This document shows positions 8,178-16,823 of a stretch of 64,000 nt of DNA, one piece after another. Positions within the stretch are counted from its first letter, which is position 1. Each line of letters starts with the position of its first letter. The translations under genes were made by a program, and so were the position numbers. The notes under the pieces were generated by a model. The model saw only the letters and a program-made list of their open reading frames with translations. It searched no databases and was not told where the DNA came from. The DNA is from Collinsella aerofaciens (GTDB lineage Bacteria; Actinomycetota; Coriobacteriia; Coriobacteriales; Coriobacteriaceae), in NCBI GenBank assembly GCA_030826265.1, contig JAPJOH010000010.1:1886-65885 (forward strand), given 5' to 3'.

Positions 8178-9935
8178 ATGAACGAGATCAGGTGCCCGCA
8201 TTGCGGCGAAGTGTTTAAGGTCGATGCGTCCGGCTATGCGGATATCGTCAAACAGGTGCGCGATGCTGAGTTCTCGCGCGACCTGGATGAGCGTGTGAAG
8301 GCAGTCCAGCGCGAGGGCGAGCAGGCGCTGGAACTTGAGCGCTCGCGTTCGACGGCCGCCTTGCAAGAGGCAGAGTCTCAGCGCAACGCTCAGCTTGTCG
8401 AGCAGAAGAACGCTGCGGCCCAGCAGCTGGCGCAAGAAGTCGCCAAGCGCGATGCCGAGCTTGCCGAGCTGCGCGCCAAGCTTGAGGGCGCTGCCACGGA
8501 GCGCGAGAGTGCAAGCCAGCGCGCGGCGGTTGAGGCCCGTGCGGATGCGCAGAAGGAAAACGCAGAGCTCCAGCGTGAGATTGACAACCTGCGCGCGCAG
8601 CTGGGACGCAAGGATGACGAAGCCAAACTTGCCGAGGCGGCGGCGCGCAATGCTGCTCAAAACGATCTGTCCGCCCGCGACGCTCAGATTGCTGAGCTAC
8701 AGGCAAAGCTCTCCGCTGCGGACAAGGCCCAGGAGATGGCGCTTGCCGCTGCCGCGGCAGAGTCGCAGCGTGAGCTCGATGCCGCTCGCAGCGAGGCCGA
8801 GCGCGCGCTTGCTGACTATCGCGCGAAGGTACAAGAGAAGTTTTCCGCCGCAAAGGCTCAGTCCGAGCAAGAGGCCGAGGGCCTGCGTGCCCAGCTGCGC
8901 GAACAGGAGCTGACGGCCAAAATGAACCTATCGGAGGCGGTCGCCGCGGCGGAGCGTGAGCGTGATGAGGCGCGTGCCAAGCTGACGAGTGAGCTGGCGG
9001 TGCGCGATTCGCGTGAGGAACAGGCCAAGGCAGCCCACGAGCTTGAGCTCGCGCAGGCCCAGCGCGTGAGCGACGAGTTGATCCGCTACAAGGACGAAGA
9101 GATTGAGCGCCTTAAGGAAATGAAGATCCGCCTGTCCACCAAGATGGTGGGCGAGTCGCTCGAGCAGCACTGCGAGACCGAGTTTAACCGTCTGCGCATG
9201 ACGGCGTTTCCTAACGCGTACTTCGAGAAGGATAACGATGCGTCCGAGGGCACCAAAGGCGACTTTATCTTTCGCGAGTGCGACGCGAGCGGCAACGAGG
9301 TCATTTCGATTATGTTCGAGATGAAAAACGAGAACGACGAGACCGCGACCAAGCACAAGAACGAGGACTTCTTTAAGAAACTCGATCACGATCGTCGCCA
9401 GAAAGGCTGTGAGTACGCGGTGCTCTGCACGCTGCTCGAGCCCGAGAGCGAGCTCTATAACGCGGGTATCGTCGACGTGAGTTACCGCTACGAGAAGATG
9501 TACGTGATCCGTCCGCAGTTTTTCATTCCCATGATTACGCTTCTTCGCAACGCCGCCATGGGTTCGCTGCGCTATAAGCAGGAGCTGGCGGAATACAAAC
9601 AGCAGAATATCGACGTCACGAACTTCGAAGCCAAGATGGAGAAGTTCAAGAATGATTTCGGCCGCAACTACGAGATCGCGAGCCGCAAGTTCCAAACGGC
9701 GATCGATGAGATCGATAAGACGATTAGCCACCTGCAGAAAACCAAGGAGGCGTTGCTGTCCTCCGAGAACAATCTGCGCCTAGCCAACAAGAAGGCGGAC
9801 GATCTTACCATTCGCAAGCTCACGTGGGGCAACAAGACCATGAAGGCCGCGTTTGACGAGGCGCGCGGGGCTGCGACAGAGACAAACGATGAGCCAGCCG
9901 AGGCGGATTCGTATGAGGTCGAGGGTGCCGAGTAA
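8178..9935 (+). CDS. DUF2130-type protein (N-terminal zinc ribbon, long coiled coil, C-terminal PD-(D/E)xK-like domain)
   Basis: The N-terminus is [13 protein letters not shown]. About 300 aa follow that are A/E/Q/R-rich coiled coil. The C-terminal GDFIFRE...IMFEMKN is nuclease-like (RmuC-like organisation). Confidence 0.7.
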   Translation: MNEIRCPHCGEVFKVDASGYADIVKQVRDAEFSRDLDERVKAVQREGEQALELERSRSTAALQEAESQRNAQLVEQKNAAAQQLAQEVAKRDAELAELRAKLEGAATERESASQRAAVEARADAQKENAELQREIDNLRAQLGRKDDEAKLAEAAARNAAQNDLSARDAQIAELQAKLSAADKAQEMALAAAAAESQRELDAARSEAERALADYRAKVQEKFSAAKAQSEQEAEGLRAQLREQELTAKMNLSEAVAAAERERDEARAKLTSELAVRDSREEQAKAAHELELAQAQRVSDELIRYKDEEIERLKEMKIRLSTKMVGESLEQHCETEFNRLRMTAFPNAYFEKDNDASEGTKGDFIFRECDASGNEVISIMFEMKNENDETATKHKNEDFFKKLDHDRRQKGCEYAVLCTLLEPESELYNAGIVDVSYRYEKMYVIRPQFFIPMITLLRNAAMGSLRYKQELAEYKQQNIDVTNFEAKMEKFKNDFGRNYEIASRKFQTAIDEIDKTISHLQKTKEALLSSENNLRLANKKADDLTIRKLTWGNKTMKAAFDEARGAATETNDEPAEADSYEVEGAE

Positions 9936-9954
9936 GGCATAGCGTATAGCGCAA

Positions 9955-9992
9955 AAGCGGGGCCGCTGGCTATATTGCCAGCGGCCCCGCTT
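9955..9992. terminator. Bidirectional terminator between convergent genes
   Basis: AAGCGGGGCCGCTGGC-TATATT-GCCAGCGGCCCCGCTT, a perfect 16-bp stem. Confidence 0.8.
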
Positions 9993-10014
9993 CGTTTCGT
10001 TCCAGTATGTTCGG

Positions 10015-12696
10015 CTAGTCCTCGAGCAGGTCCTCGATAAAGCCGACGCGGTAGTTTTTGAAGATGACCTCGCCGCCGTCTTGCGTGGCGTCCAGATCGA
10101 CATCGCCCATGATGCCAAAATCGTGGTCGCCATCCTCGTCGGCAAAGATCTGGTGCACGTGCCATACGTGCGCGGTCTTCTCCTCGGACTCGTCAATGGA
10201 AAACATCGCGGCGCTGCGGGCATCTCCGTCGGTGAGGATTTCCTCGTGCTGCTCGTGGTAAGCGTCGAGTGCTTTTTGCCAGCGGATCTCGCTCATGCCC
10301 CAGTCGTCGTCGAGCTCGCCCAGGTCGCGAACGTGCTCGCGGGCGGCAAGGGTCACGCGGCGGAAGAGCGCGTTGCGCACCAATAGCGTGCAGCCGCGAC
10401 GGTCCGCCACGACCTCGTCGATGCCCTGCGGCGGCGCAGCATCGAGGGCTGCCGGGTTGCCGGCGTTCTCCCACTCATCCACCAGGCTCGAGTCCACCGA
10501 GCGCACCACAAAGCCCAGCCACGAGATAATGTCGCGCAGGCGCTCGTCGCGCTTCTCGATGGGCACGGTGCGGTCGAGTGAACGGTAGGCCTCTGCCAGG
10601 TAACGCAGCAAAATGCCCTCGGAGCGGGCGATGCCGAGCTTTTGGATATAGCCCTTAAAGTCGCTCGCGCTCTCCAGCATGTCGCGCAGGACGCTCTTGG
10701 GCGAGAGCTGGTAGTCGTTGGCCCAAGGTACTTCTTGGCAGTACTTGTCGAAGGCGGCATCGAGCAAGTCCTCGAGCGGCTTTTCGTAGGTGACATCCTG
10801 GATGCGCTCCAGGCGTTCCTCATATTCGACGCCGTCAGCCTTCATTTCGGCCATCGCGCGGTCGCGCGCGGCGCGCTCCTGCGCGCGCAATACCTGCTTG
10901 GGGTCCTCGAGCGTTGCCTCGACCATCGAGATCAGATCCATGGTATAGGTCTCACTCTCGGGGTCGAGCAGCTCCAGTGCGGCAAGCAAAAACGGCGAGA
11001 GCGGCTGGTCGAGCGCAAAGTCCTCGGGCAGATCGACCGTCAGTGCATAGTCGATGTCTGGCGCGGCGTCAGTCGGGGCGTCGGGCGCGGGCGGCACCTC
11101 GGTGCGAACGACGACGCCGGAATCGATGAGCGTGGCGAAGATTTCGTCGGCGCGAACCTCGAGCTTGGCCTTTTCCTCGGGGGTCTGCAAGCTCGTCTCG
11201 ATGAGGTCGTGTACGCGGGCTCGGGCATCGCCGCCCTGCTCGACCACGCTAATCACCATGGAGTGCGTGATGCGAAGGCGCGGCTTGAGCGTCTCGGGCT
11301 GCGTCTCGATCAGGCGCTCAAAGGTCTGCTTGTTCCAGGTGACAAAGCCCTCGGGGGCCTTCTTCTTTTTAATCTTGCGGAGCTTCTTGGGGTCGTCGCC
11401 CGCCTTGGCCATGAGTTTGGCGTTCTCGATCTCGTGCTCCGGGGCCTCGGCGATGACCATGCCCTCGGTATCGAAGCCCGAGCGGCCGGCGCGACCGGCA
11501 ATCTGATGGAACTCGCGGGCGCGCAGGCGACGCATCTTGTAGCCGTCGAACTTGGTGAGCGCGGTGAGTACCACGGTGTGGATGGGTACGTTGATGCCGA
11601 CGCCGAGCGTATCGGTGCCGCAGATGACGGGCAGCAGGCCCTGCTGCGCCAGGCGCTCCACCAGCAGGCGATAGCGCGGCAACATGCCGGCATGGTGCAC
11701 GCCGACGCCGCATCCAAGCAGGCGTTTGAGAATCTTACCAAAGGCCGTGGAGAAGCTCGTCCCCTTTGCCGCTTCTTTGATGGCCTCGCGCTGCTCCTTG
11801 CTGGCGATGCCAAAATTGGCGAGCGACTGTGCCGTTGCAAGGGCGGCATCCTGGCTAAAGTGCACGATATAGAGCGGGGCCTCGCCGCGGCGCATGGCGA
11901 GCTCGACCGTGCCCTCGAGGGAGGTCGTCACGTAGTCGTAGCTCAGCGGCACGGGGCGCGGGGCATCGACGACCAAGTCGCAGGTAGCACCGGTGTGTTC
12001 CTCGAGTGAGGCGGCGATGGCAGTGACATCGCCGAGCGTGGCGCTCATGAGCATGAATTGCGTGTGGGGCAGGGTGAGCAGCGGCACCTGCCAAGCCCAA
12101 CCGCGGTCGGGGTCGGCAAAGTAGTGGAACTCGTCCATGGCCACGCAGCCCACGTCGGCATCTTCGCTCTCGCGCAGTGCGTCGTTGGCAAGGATCTCTG
12201 CCGTGCAGCAGATGACGGGTGCCTTGGTGTTGATATGCGTGTCGCCGGTAATCATGCCTACGTTATCGCGGCCGAGCACCTGCACAAGGTCGAAAAACTT
12301 CTCGCTGACCAGAGCCTTGATGGGAGCCGTGTAGTAGCAGCGCTTGCCCTGCGCCATGCCCATAAAGAGCATGCCCAGCGCGACGAGCGATTTACCCGAT
12401 CCGGTCGGTGTGCCTAAAATGACGTGATCGCCGGCAGCCAGGTCCATGAGGGCCTCTTCTTGGTGATCCCACAGTTCAATGCCGCGATCGCTCGTCCATT
12501 CAAAGAAGCGTTCGAAGGCTTGATCGGGCGTGAGCCACGGTTCGGGCTCGCTGCCGTCCTCGGGCTCCCACCAGGTGGGGGAGAGCGCGCCGAGCGAGCC
12601 AAACTCGGCTTCGGTTCCCGTGCCGCCCGAGAATGAGCTGGCGGCGCCGGCGCCGGAGACGGTGCTGGCGGCGGTATCTGTCGTGGTCTGTGCCAT
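10015..12696 (-). CDS. Ski2-like DEAD/DEAH-box helicase (DUF3516-type, actinobacterial)
   Basis: GTPTGSGKS and VAMDEFHY (DExH) motifs, HHAGMLP, QIAGRAGRSG, and a long C-terminal domain. The start is set at MAQTTT (12696); the longer ORF runs into the MITE. Confidence 0.85.
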   Translation of the reverse strand: MAQTTTDTAASTVSGAGAASSFSGGTGTEAEFGSLGALSPTWWEPEDGSEPEPWLTPDQAFERFFEWTSDRGIELWDHQEEALMDLAAGDHVILGTPTGSGKSLVALGMLFMGMAQGKRCYYTAPIKALVSEKFFDLVQVLGRDNVGMITGDTHINTKAPVICCTAEILANDALRESEDADVGCVAMDEFHYFADPDRGWAWQVPLLTLPHTQFMLMSATLGDVTAIAASLEEHTGATCDLVVDAPRPVPLSYDYVTTSLEGTVELAMRRGEAPLYIVHFSQDAALATAQSLANFGIASKEQREAIKEAAKGTSFSTAFGKILKRLLGCGVGVHHAGMLPRYRLLVERLAQQGLLPVICGTDTLGVGINVPIHTVVLTALTKFDGYKMRRLRAREFHQIAGRAGRSGFDTEGMVIAEAPEHEIENAKLMAKAGDDPKKLRKIKKKKAPEGFVTWNKQTFERLIETQPETLKPRLRITHSMVISVVEQGGDARARVHDLIETSLQTPEEKAKLEVRADEIFATLIDSGVVVRTEVPPAPDAPTDAAPDIDYALTVDLPEDFALDQPLSPFLLAALELLDPESETYTMDLISMVEATLEDPKQVLRAQERAARDRAMAEMKADGVEYEERLERIQDVTYEKPLEDLLDAAFDKYCQEVPWANDYQLSPKSVLRDMLESASDFKGYIQKLGIARSEGILLRYLAEAYRSLDRTVPIEKRDERLRDIISWLGFVVRSVDSSLVDEWENAGNPAALDAAPPQGIDEVVADRRGCTLLVRNALFRRVTLAAREHVRDLGELDDDWGMSEIRWQKALDAYHEQHEEILTDGDARSAAMFSIDESEEKTAHVWHVHQIFADEDGDHDFGIMGDVDLDATQDGGEVIFKNYRVGFIEDLLED

Positions 12697-12817
12697 GTGG
12701 TTGCTTTCTCTCGCGATTGTCCGCCAACTATTATGGCGTAGCGGCGCATCGATGCGTTTGCAGGCAAGAAAATGCAGGAAATGGGCGTTCTGCCCGGCCG
12801 TTTGGTGCAGTTGCCAG

Positions 12818-12940
12818 CTAAGTGAGTAGACTTTTTGCGATGTCGCGAGCACATGGATTTTGCACAAGGGTTCTATCTGCGGTTTTAGTTTTCGTTATGC
12901 GGGTTGTGCTTGGCTATTGCAAAAAAGTCTACTCACTTAG
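12818..12940 (+). mobile_element. MITE-like element, copy 3 (123 bp)
   Basis: Same TIRs (CTAAGTGAGTAGACTTTTT / AAAAAAGTCTACTCACTTAG). The interior is more diverged. It lies 122 bp upstream of the helicase start. Confidence 0.6.
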
Positions 12941-13005
12941 GTTTGAGGGTTGTTTGCTGGCGCCTATTCGCGCTTATTTGCTGACGCCGCGACCATCAGA
13001 AGCCC

Positions 13006-13845
13006 CTAGGACTCTTGCGGCAGGCGCTTCTTGCCCTTGCGGGCACGGTTTCTGAAGTTCTCGACGGCCTCTTCCATGCCGAGAGGCACGTAGGTGAGCT
13101 CATCGAGGTTTTCGGGCAGGTAGCAGGCAAGGCTTTGCTCCTGCGCGCGGCCCGCCGCGAGCTGCTCTTCGATGGGTTCCGCGCCGGGCGTAGCGCAAAT
13201 GCCATAGACGGCGGCGCCCATCTCGCGCGTGCGGCATTCATATTCGGTCTCGGGATGCTCGGGATGGTCGCGGCGGACGTTGTCGCTTACCCAAAGCGTG
13301 TCGTAGCCGGCCGCGGTAAACTGTCCTAGGGCGTAGTCGCGCAATGGCTTGCTGTCGGTGCGCAGCGTGACGGTGGCGCCGGCTGCAAAGAGCGGGCGGT
13401 AGAGCATCAGATGGTCGACATGGACGAGTCGTTTTTTGGCGTACTTGGCCTTGGGCTGCGGCGTGGGAAAGTTAATGGTGATGACATCGAGCTCGCCTGC
13501 GGCAAACAGCTGCGGCAGCGATGCGGCGCCTCGGGGCAGGACGAGTGCGTTGGTCAGTTCCTGCTCGCAGATTTTCTGTGCGGCATAGGCGATGCAGATG
13601 GGTTCCTGGTCCATACCGATAAAGAGGGTGTTTGGCTCGTGGACCGCGCGCTCTACAAGGTACGTTCCCTTGCCACAGCCAAGATCCAGGTGAAGGTGTT
13701 CAAAGGGCTTGCTGCCTGCGGGCGCACAGGCCTTGCGCCAATCTCCGGCATAAGCCTCGGGGTTTGTCTCAATCGCATCGGCGTAGCGTTCCAGGCGCTC
13801 CTCGAGCACAAAGTTCTTAGGCGTGCGAACGTGGATGGCTCCCAT
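13006..13845 (-). CDS. trmB: tRNA (guanine-N7)-methyltransferase with C-terminal extension
   Basis: HLDLGCGKG, ITINFPTPQPK and RLV...L motifs typical of TrmB. Confidence 0.8.
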   Translation of the reverse strand: MGAIHVRTPKNFVLEERLERYADAIETNPEAYAGDWRKACAPAGSKPFEHLHLDLGCGKGTYLVERAVHEPNTLFIGMDQEPICIAYAAQKICEQELTNALVLPRGAASLPQLFAAGELDVITINFPTPQPKAKYAKKRLVHVDHLMLYRPLFAAGATVTLRTDSKPLRDYALGQFTAAGYDTLWVSDNVRRDHPEHPETEYECRTREMGAAVYGICATPGAEPIEEQLAAGRAQEQSLACYLPENLDELTYVPLGMEEAVENFRNRARKGKKRLPQES

Positions 13846-13963
13846 GAGGCTCCTTGGTCATAAGTATGGAACGCATAGCTGCACGTTCCGTCAATGGATT
13901 GAAAAAGGGCGGGCATAGTTTGCCCGGAAGATGCGGTGCGGCTCGGCGGCGAGTCGTCGATGC

Positions 13964-14884
13964 CTACAGGCGCTTGAGAATCACATAGCGGTTGAGCTCG
14001 CCGCTGCGACCGTCGGCATGGAAGCGCTCAAGCTCGCGCACGGGAACCTCGCCGCTCTTGTAGAACGTACGGACGCCGCGCACCAGGTCGGTGATCTGCT
14101 GATCGTCAAAGTGATGGCAATAGCGGTAGGCGTGGCGGTCGTTTTGCCAGCCAATGAGGTGGTCGCCGGCTTCAAACTGGGCGGAATCGTAACCCTCAAA
14201 CGGCGGGGTGAGCTCGGCGCGGGCTTCGGCGCGAACGGCTTTGCGCGCCATGCGCTCGTCATTCATAAACTCCCAAAAGCTGATGGCGATGATGCCGCCC
14301 GGGCGCGTTTGCCGCACCAGGGCGTCGAGCACGCGTACGCGGTACTCGCACGACGGCACGTGGTGCATAAAGCCAAAGCAGACCGAGATATCGGCGAGCG
14401 GGGCGTCGAAAAGCACGTCGGGTGTTTCGGCGGGGTTGAGCTTCATGAGGGCGTCGAGCACGTCGAGTTCCTGGAAGTGCAGGTTGGGAATGCGCAGCGC
14501 GTGGCCATGTGCATCGATGGCCAGGTCTTGACACGAGTCGACGCCATAGAACTCAAACGGGCAGCTGGCATCTGCCGAGGGGTTTGCGCCGTCGACGCCC
14601 TTGGCGGCAAGTGCGCCGCCGGCGGCAAAGTTTTCGAATCGCATATTGCCGCAGGCGAGATCGAAGACGCGGACGGGATGCTCGATCGTGGCGACGTCGA
14701 GCTGTTCGAGCGCGATGTCCATGGTGCGCACCCAGCCGGGCCACGGGGCCTGGCGCGTATCGGAAAAGGAGGCGGAGTGCTCGCGATAGAACGTGTTGTT
14801 GAGCTGGATGAGCGATGAGGCGAAATCGCGGTTCACGGCGCGGAACTCCCTCCGTTGGCGGTGCGGAATAAACAGTATGACCAT
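13964..14884 (-). CDS. Class I SAM-dependent methyltransferase
   Basis: VFDLACGNMRF (motif I) and RPGGIIAISFW (post-II). The start is uncertain (14884 chosen; the ORF is open to 14971). Confidence 0.65.
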   Translation of the reverse strand: MVILFIPHRQRREFRAVNRDFASSLIQLNNTFYREHSASFSDTRQAPWPGWVRTMDIALEQLDVATIEHPVRVFDLACGNMRFENFAAGGALAAKGVDGANPSADASCPFEFYGVDSCQDLAIDAHGHALRIPNLHFQELDVLDALMKLNPAETPDVLFDAPLADISVCFGFMHHVPSCEYRVRVLDALVRQTRPGGIIAISFWEFMNDERMARKAVRAEARAELTPPFEGYDSAQFEAGDHLIGWQNDRHAYRYCHHFDDQQITDLVRGVRTFYKSGEVPVRELERFHADGRSGELNRYVILKRL

Positions 14885-15103
14885 ACTACCGTTAACGTCG
14901 CAACGGGGACAACCGAGCTGCGGCTCATTGCTTTGTTTGGACACATTTCCGCAGCTCATATGTGCCCGCAACCGCCAGTTGTCAAAAATCTCACTAGAAT
15001 AGGTGGCATGCTTTTGGCGGTGGCGGATAGATTTTTAACTGTGCAAGGCGCCTTAAGAACAAAAACGGTCCGGCGGCACGGCTGGCATCACATAGGAGGA
15101 ACC

Positions 15104-15826
15104 ATGAATGTAGAAACTGCGCAGCGGCTCGCCGACCTTCGCCGCAGCAAGGGCTTTAGCCAAGAAGGGCTGGCGCGAAAGCTGGGGCTGTCGCGCCAGG
15201 CGGTTAGTAAATGGGAGCGTGCGGAGAGCTCGCCCGATACCGAGAACCTGATCTCGCTCGCCAAGCTCTATGGTGTGAGTCTGGACGAGCTGCTCAATCC
15301 GAGCGATGAGATTGAGGACGATATCGAGTTTGAGAACGAGGACCGCGCTCGTCAGCGCGAGGCCGAGGCGGCAGAGCGCGCCCGCACCCATGAGGCGGCG
15401 GCGCGCGCCACCGAGGCGGCAACGCAGGCAAGTGACGCGGCAGCCAAGGCGGCGCAGGCGGCAAGCTGGAGTGCGCAGGCTGCCAATGCGGCGACGGCTC
15501 AGGTGACGGGTACCGGTGCGGCTGGTCCGACTCCGGTGAAGGGTCCGTTCCAGTCATTCCCGTATTGGGCCGTGTGCTGGCTGCTGTTCTTTTTACTGAT
15601 GTTCCTGTTTGGTGCCGGCCCCTTTGCTGCGCTGATCTTCTTCACGATTCCCATCTATCACTGGGTGGCGCGTGCACTCGATGGCGATTGGGCGCGCGGG
15701 GATATTCAGGTTGGTCCGGCACCGGTGGCGGTCAGGGCCCAGGGGAAGGATACTTCTGCGGAACCTGATGCTGACGTGGCTACCGCGGCCACCGCTGAGC
15801 CATGTGCCAAAGAAGGTGACGAATGA
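15104..15826 (+). CDS. XRE-family HTH regulator with Ala-rich linker and C-terminal transmembrane segments
   Basis: FSQEGLARKLGLSRQAVSKWERAESSPD HTH; AGGAGG RBS at MNVETAQ; hydrophobic WAVCWLLFFLLMFLFGAGPFAALIFFTIPI. Confidence 0.85.
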   Translation: MNVETAQRLADLRRSKGFSQEGLARKLGLSRQAVSKWERAESSPDTENLISLAKLYGVSLDELLNPSDEIEDDIEFENEDRARQREAEAAERARTHEAAARATEAATQASDAAAKAAQAASWSAQAANAATAQVTGTGAAGPTPVKGPFQSFPYWAVCWLLFFLLMFLFGAGPFAALIFFTIPIYHWVARALDGDWARGDIQVGPAPVAVRAQGKDTSAEPDADVATAATAEPCAKEGDE

Positions 15827-16725
15827 TGAAGCTTTCGCATGAATCCAAGCTGCGCCTGGGCGTCGGCATCGGAGCGTTTGTACTGATTATCGGGCTTGTT
15901 TTTGGCGTTTCGCGGACTTTGATTCATTTTGATGGCCCGTGGGATCTCGACGATGTTATACCCGGCTTGTCCGGTATGGACGATGTGGTTGATGACGACG
16001 ATTTTATGAACGATGGCGGTAACTATTCCGCTCGGCCTCAGCAGCTTTCGTGTACGACCTTTGATGCCGATGAGTTTCGCTACCTCGATTTCGATATCGA
16101 TGCGGCTACGGTGGACGTCAAGGTTATTGATGGTAACAAGGCTCGCGTTATCGAGCGGGGACGCGTTGCCAATGGTATGGATGCCTCCAAGGCCGCGACG
16201 CAGAACATCGCATCCGTCGAGGACTCGACGCTCAAGGTTTCCCAGTTTGGAAGTGATGACGGTAAGGCAATCGATCGCTCAGTTACGGTCGAGCTGCCGC
16301 GCCGTGTTGCCGAACATCTGAAGGGAGTCAACGCGCACGTGGGCTCGGGTGATCTGCAGATTGCCGGTGTCACCTGTGATGGTTTCGACCTTTTCCTGGG
16401 TGCGGGAGATGTAGAGTTTGCGGGCAGCGTGACTGATGCGCTCAGTGCTGAGGTCGGTTCGGGCGATGTGACGTTCGAGCTCTACCAGGCCCCCGTGAAG
16501 TCGATGGACGTGAGTGTGGGCTCGGGCGATGTGGAGATGATGGTTCCGAACTCGACGGGCTTTAAGGCGAGCCTTACCCTGGGCAGCGGCGACTTCGAGA
16601 GCGATTTCCTTCCGCTTGGCTACGACGGCGAGACCATTTTGAATCTTGAATTCGATAACGGCGATAAGTCTGCTACGTATCGTTTTGAGGTCGGTTCGGG
16701 CGACATGTCATTTGATTCAGAGTGA
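15823..16725 (+). CDS. DUF4097-like beta-strand repeat protein (N-terminal TM)
   Basis: Repeated GSGD(V/L/F) strands. ATGA start/stop overlap with the XRE gene. Confidence 0.7.
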   Translation: MMKLSHESKLRLGVGIGAFVLIIGLVFGVSRTLIHFDGPWDLDDVIPGLSGMDDVVDDDDFMNDGGNYSARPQQLSCTTFDADEFRYLDFDIDAATVDVKVIDGNKARVIERGRVANGMDASKAATQNIASVEDSTLKVSQFGSDDGKAIDRSVTVELPRRVAEHLKGVNAHVGSGDLQIAGVTCDGFDLFLGAGDVEFAGSVTDALSAEVGSGDVTFELYQAPVKSMDVSVGSGDVEMMVPNSTGFKASLTLGSGDFESDFLPLGYDGETILNLEFDNGDKSATYRFEVGSGDMSFDSE

Positions 16726-16773
16726 CGGGCGGTTATCGAAGACTTATATACCATAGCTGCGCTGTTTGATGAA

Positions 16774-16812
16774 GGCGCCGAAGCCGAGATCGGCTCCGGC
16801 GCCTTTGCCTTT
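16774..16812 (+). terminator. Intrinsic terminator after the DUF4097 gene
   Basis: GGCGCCGAAGCCGA-GA-TCGGCTCCGGCGCC followed by TTTGCCTTT. Confidence 0.7.
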
Positions 16813-16817
16813 ACAAT
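16812..16817 (+). promoter_or_regulatory. Possible -10 box (TACAAT) giving a leaderless Elp3 mRNA
   Basis: TACAAT ends 6 nt before the ATG at 16824. There is no properly spaced SD and no convincing -35. Confidence 0.25.
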
Positions 16818-16823
16818 GGGGGC

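Noticed and set aside
12697-12867. N-terminal 57-aa extension of the helicase ORF
   Set aside because: It runs into MITE copy 3 (KVYSL peptide, seen in ORFs over every copy). ATG 12696 has an RBS-like GAGAGAAAG and starts a plausible N-terminus.
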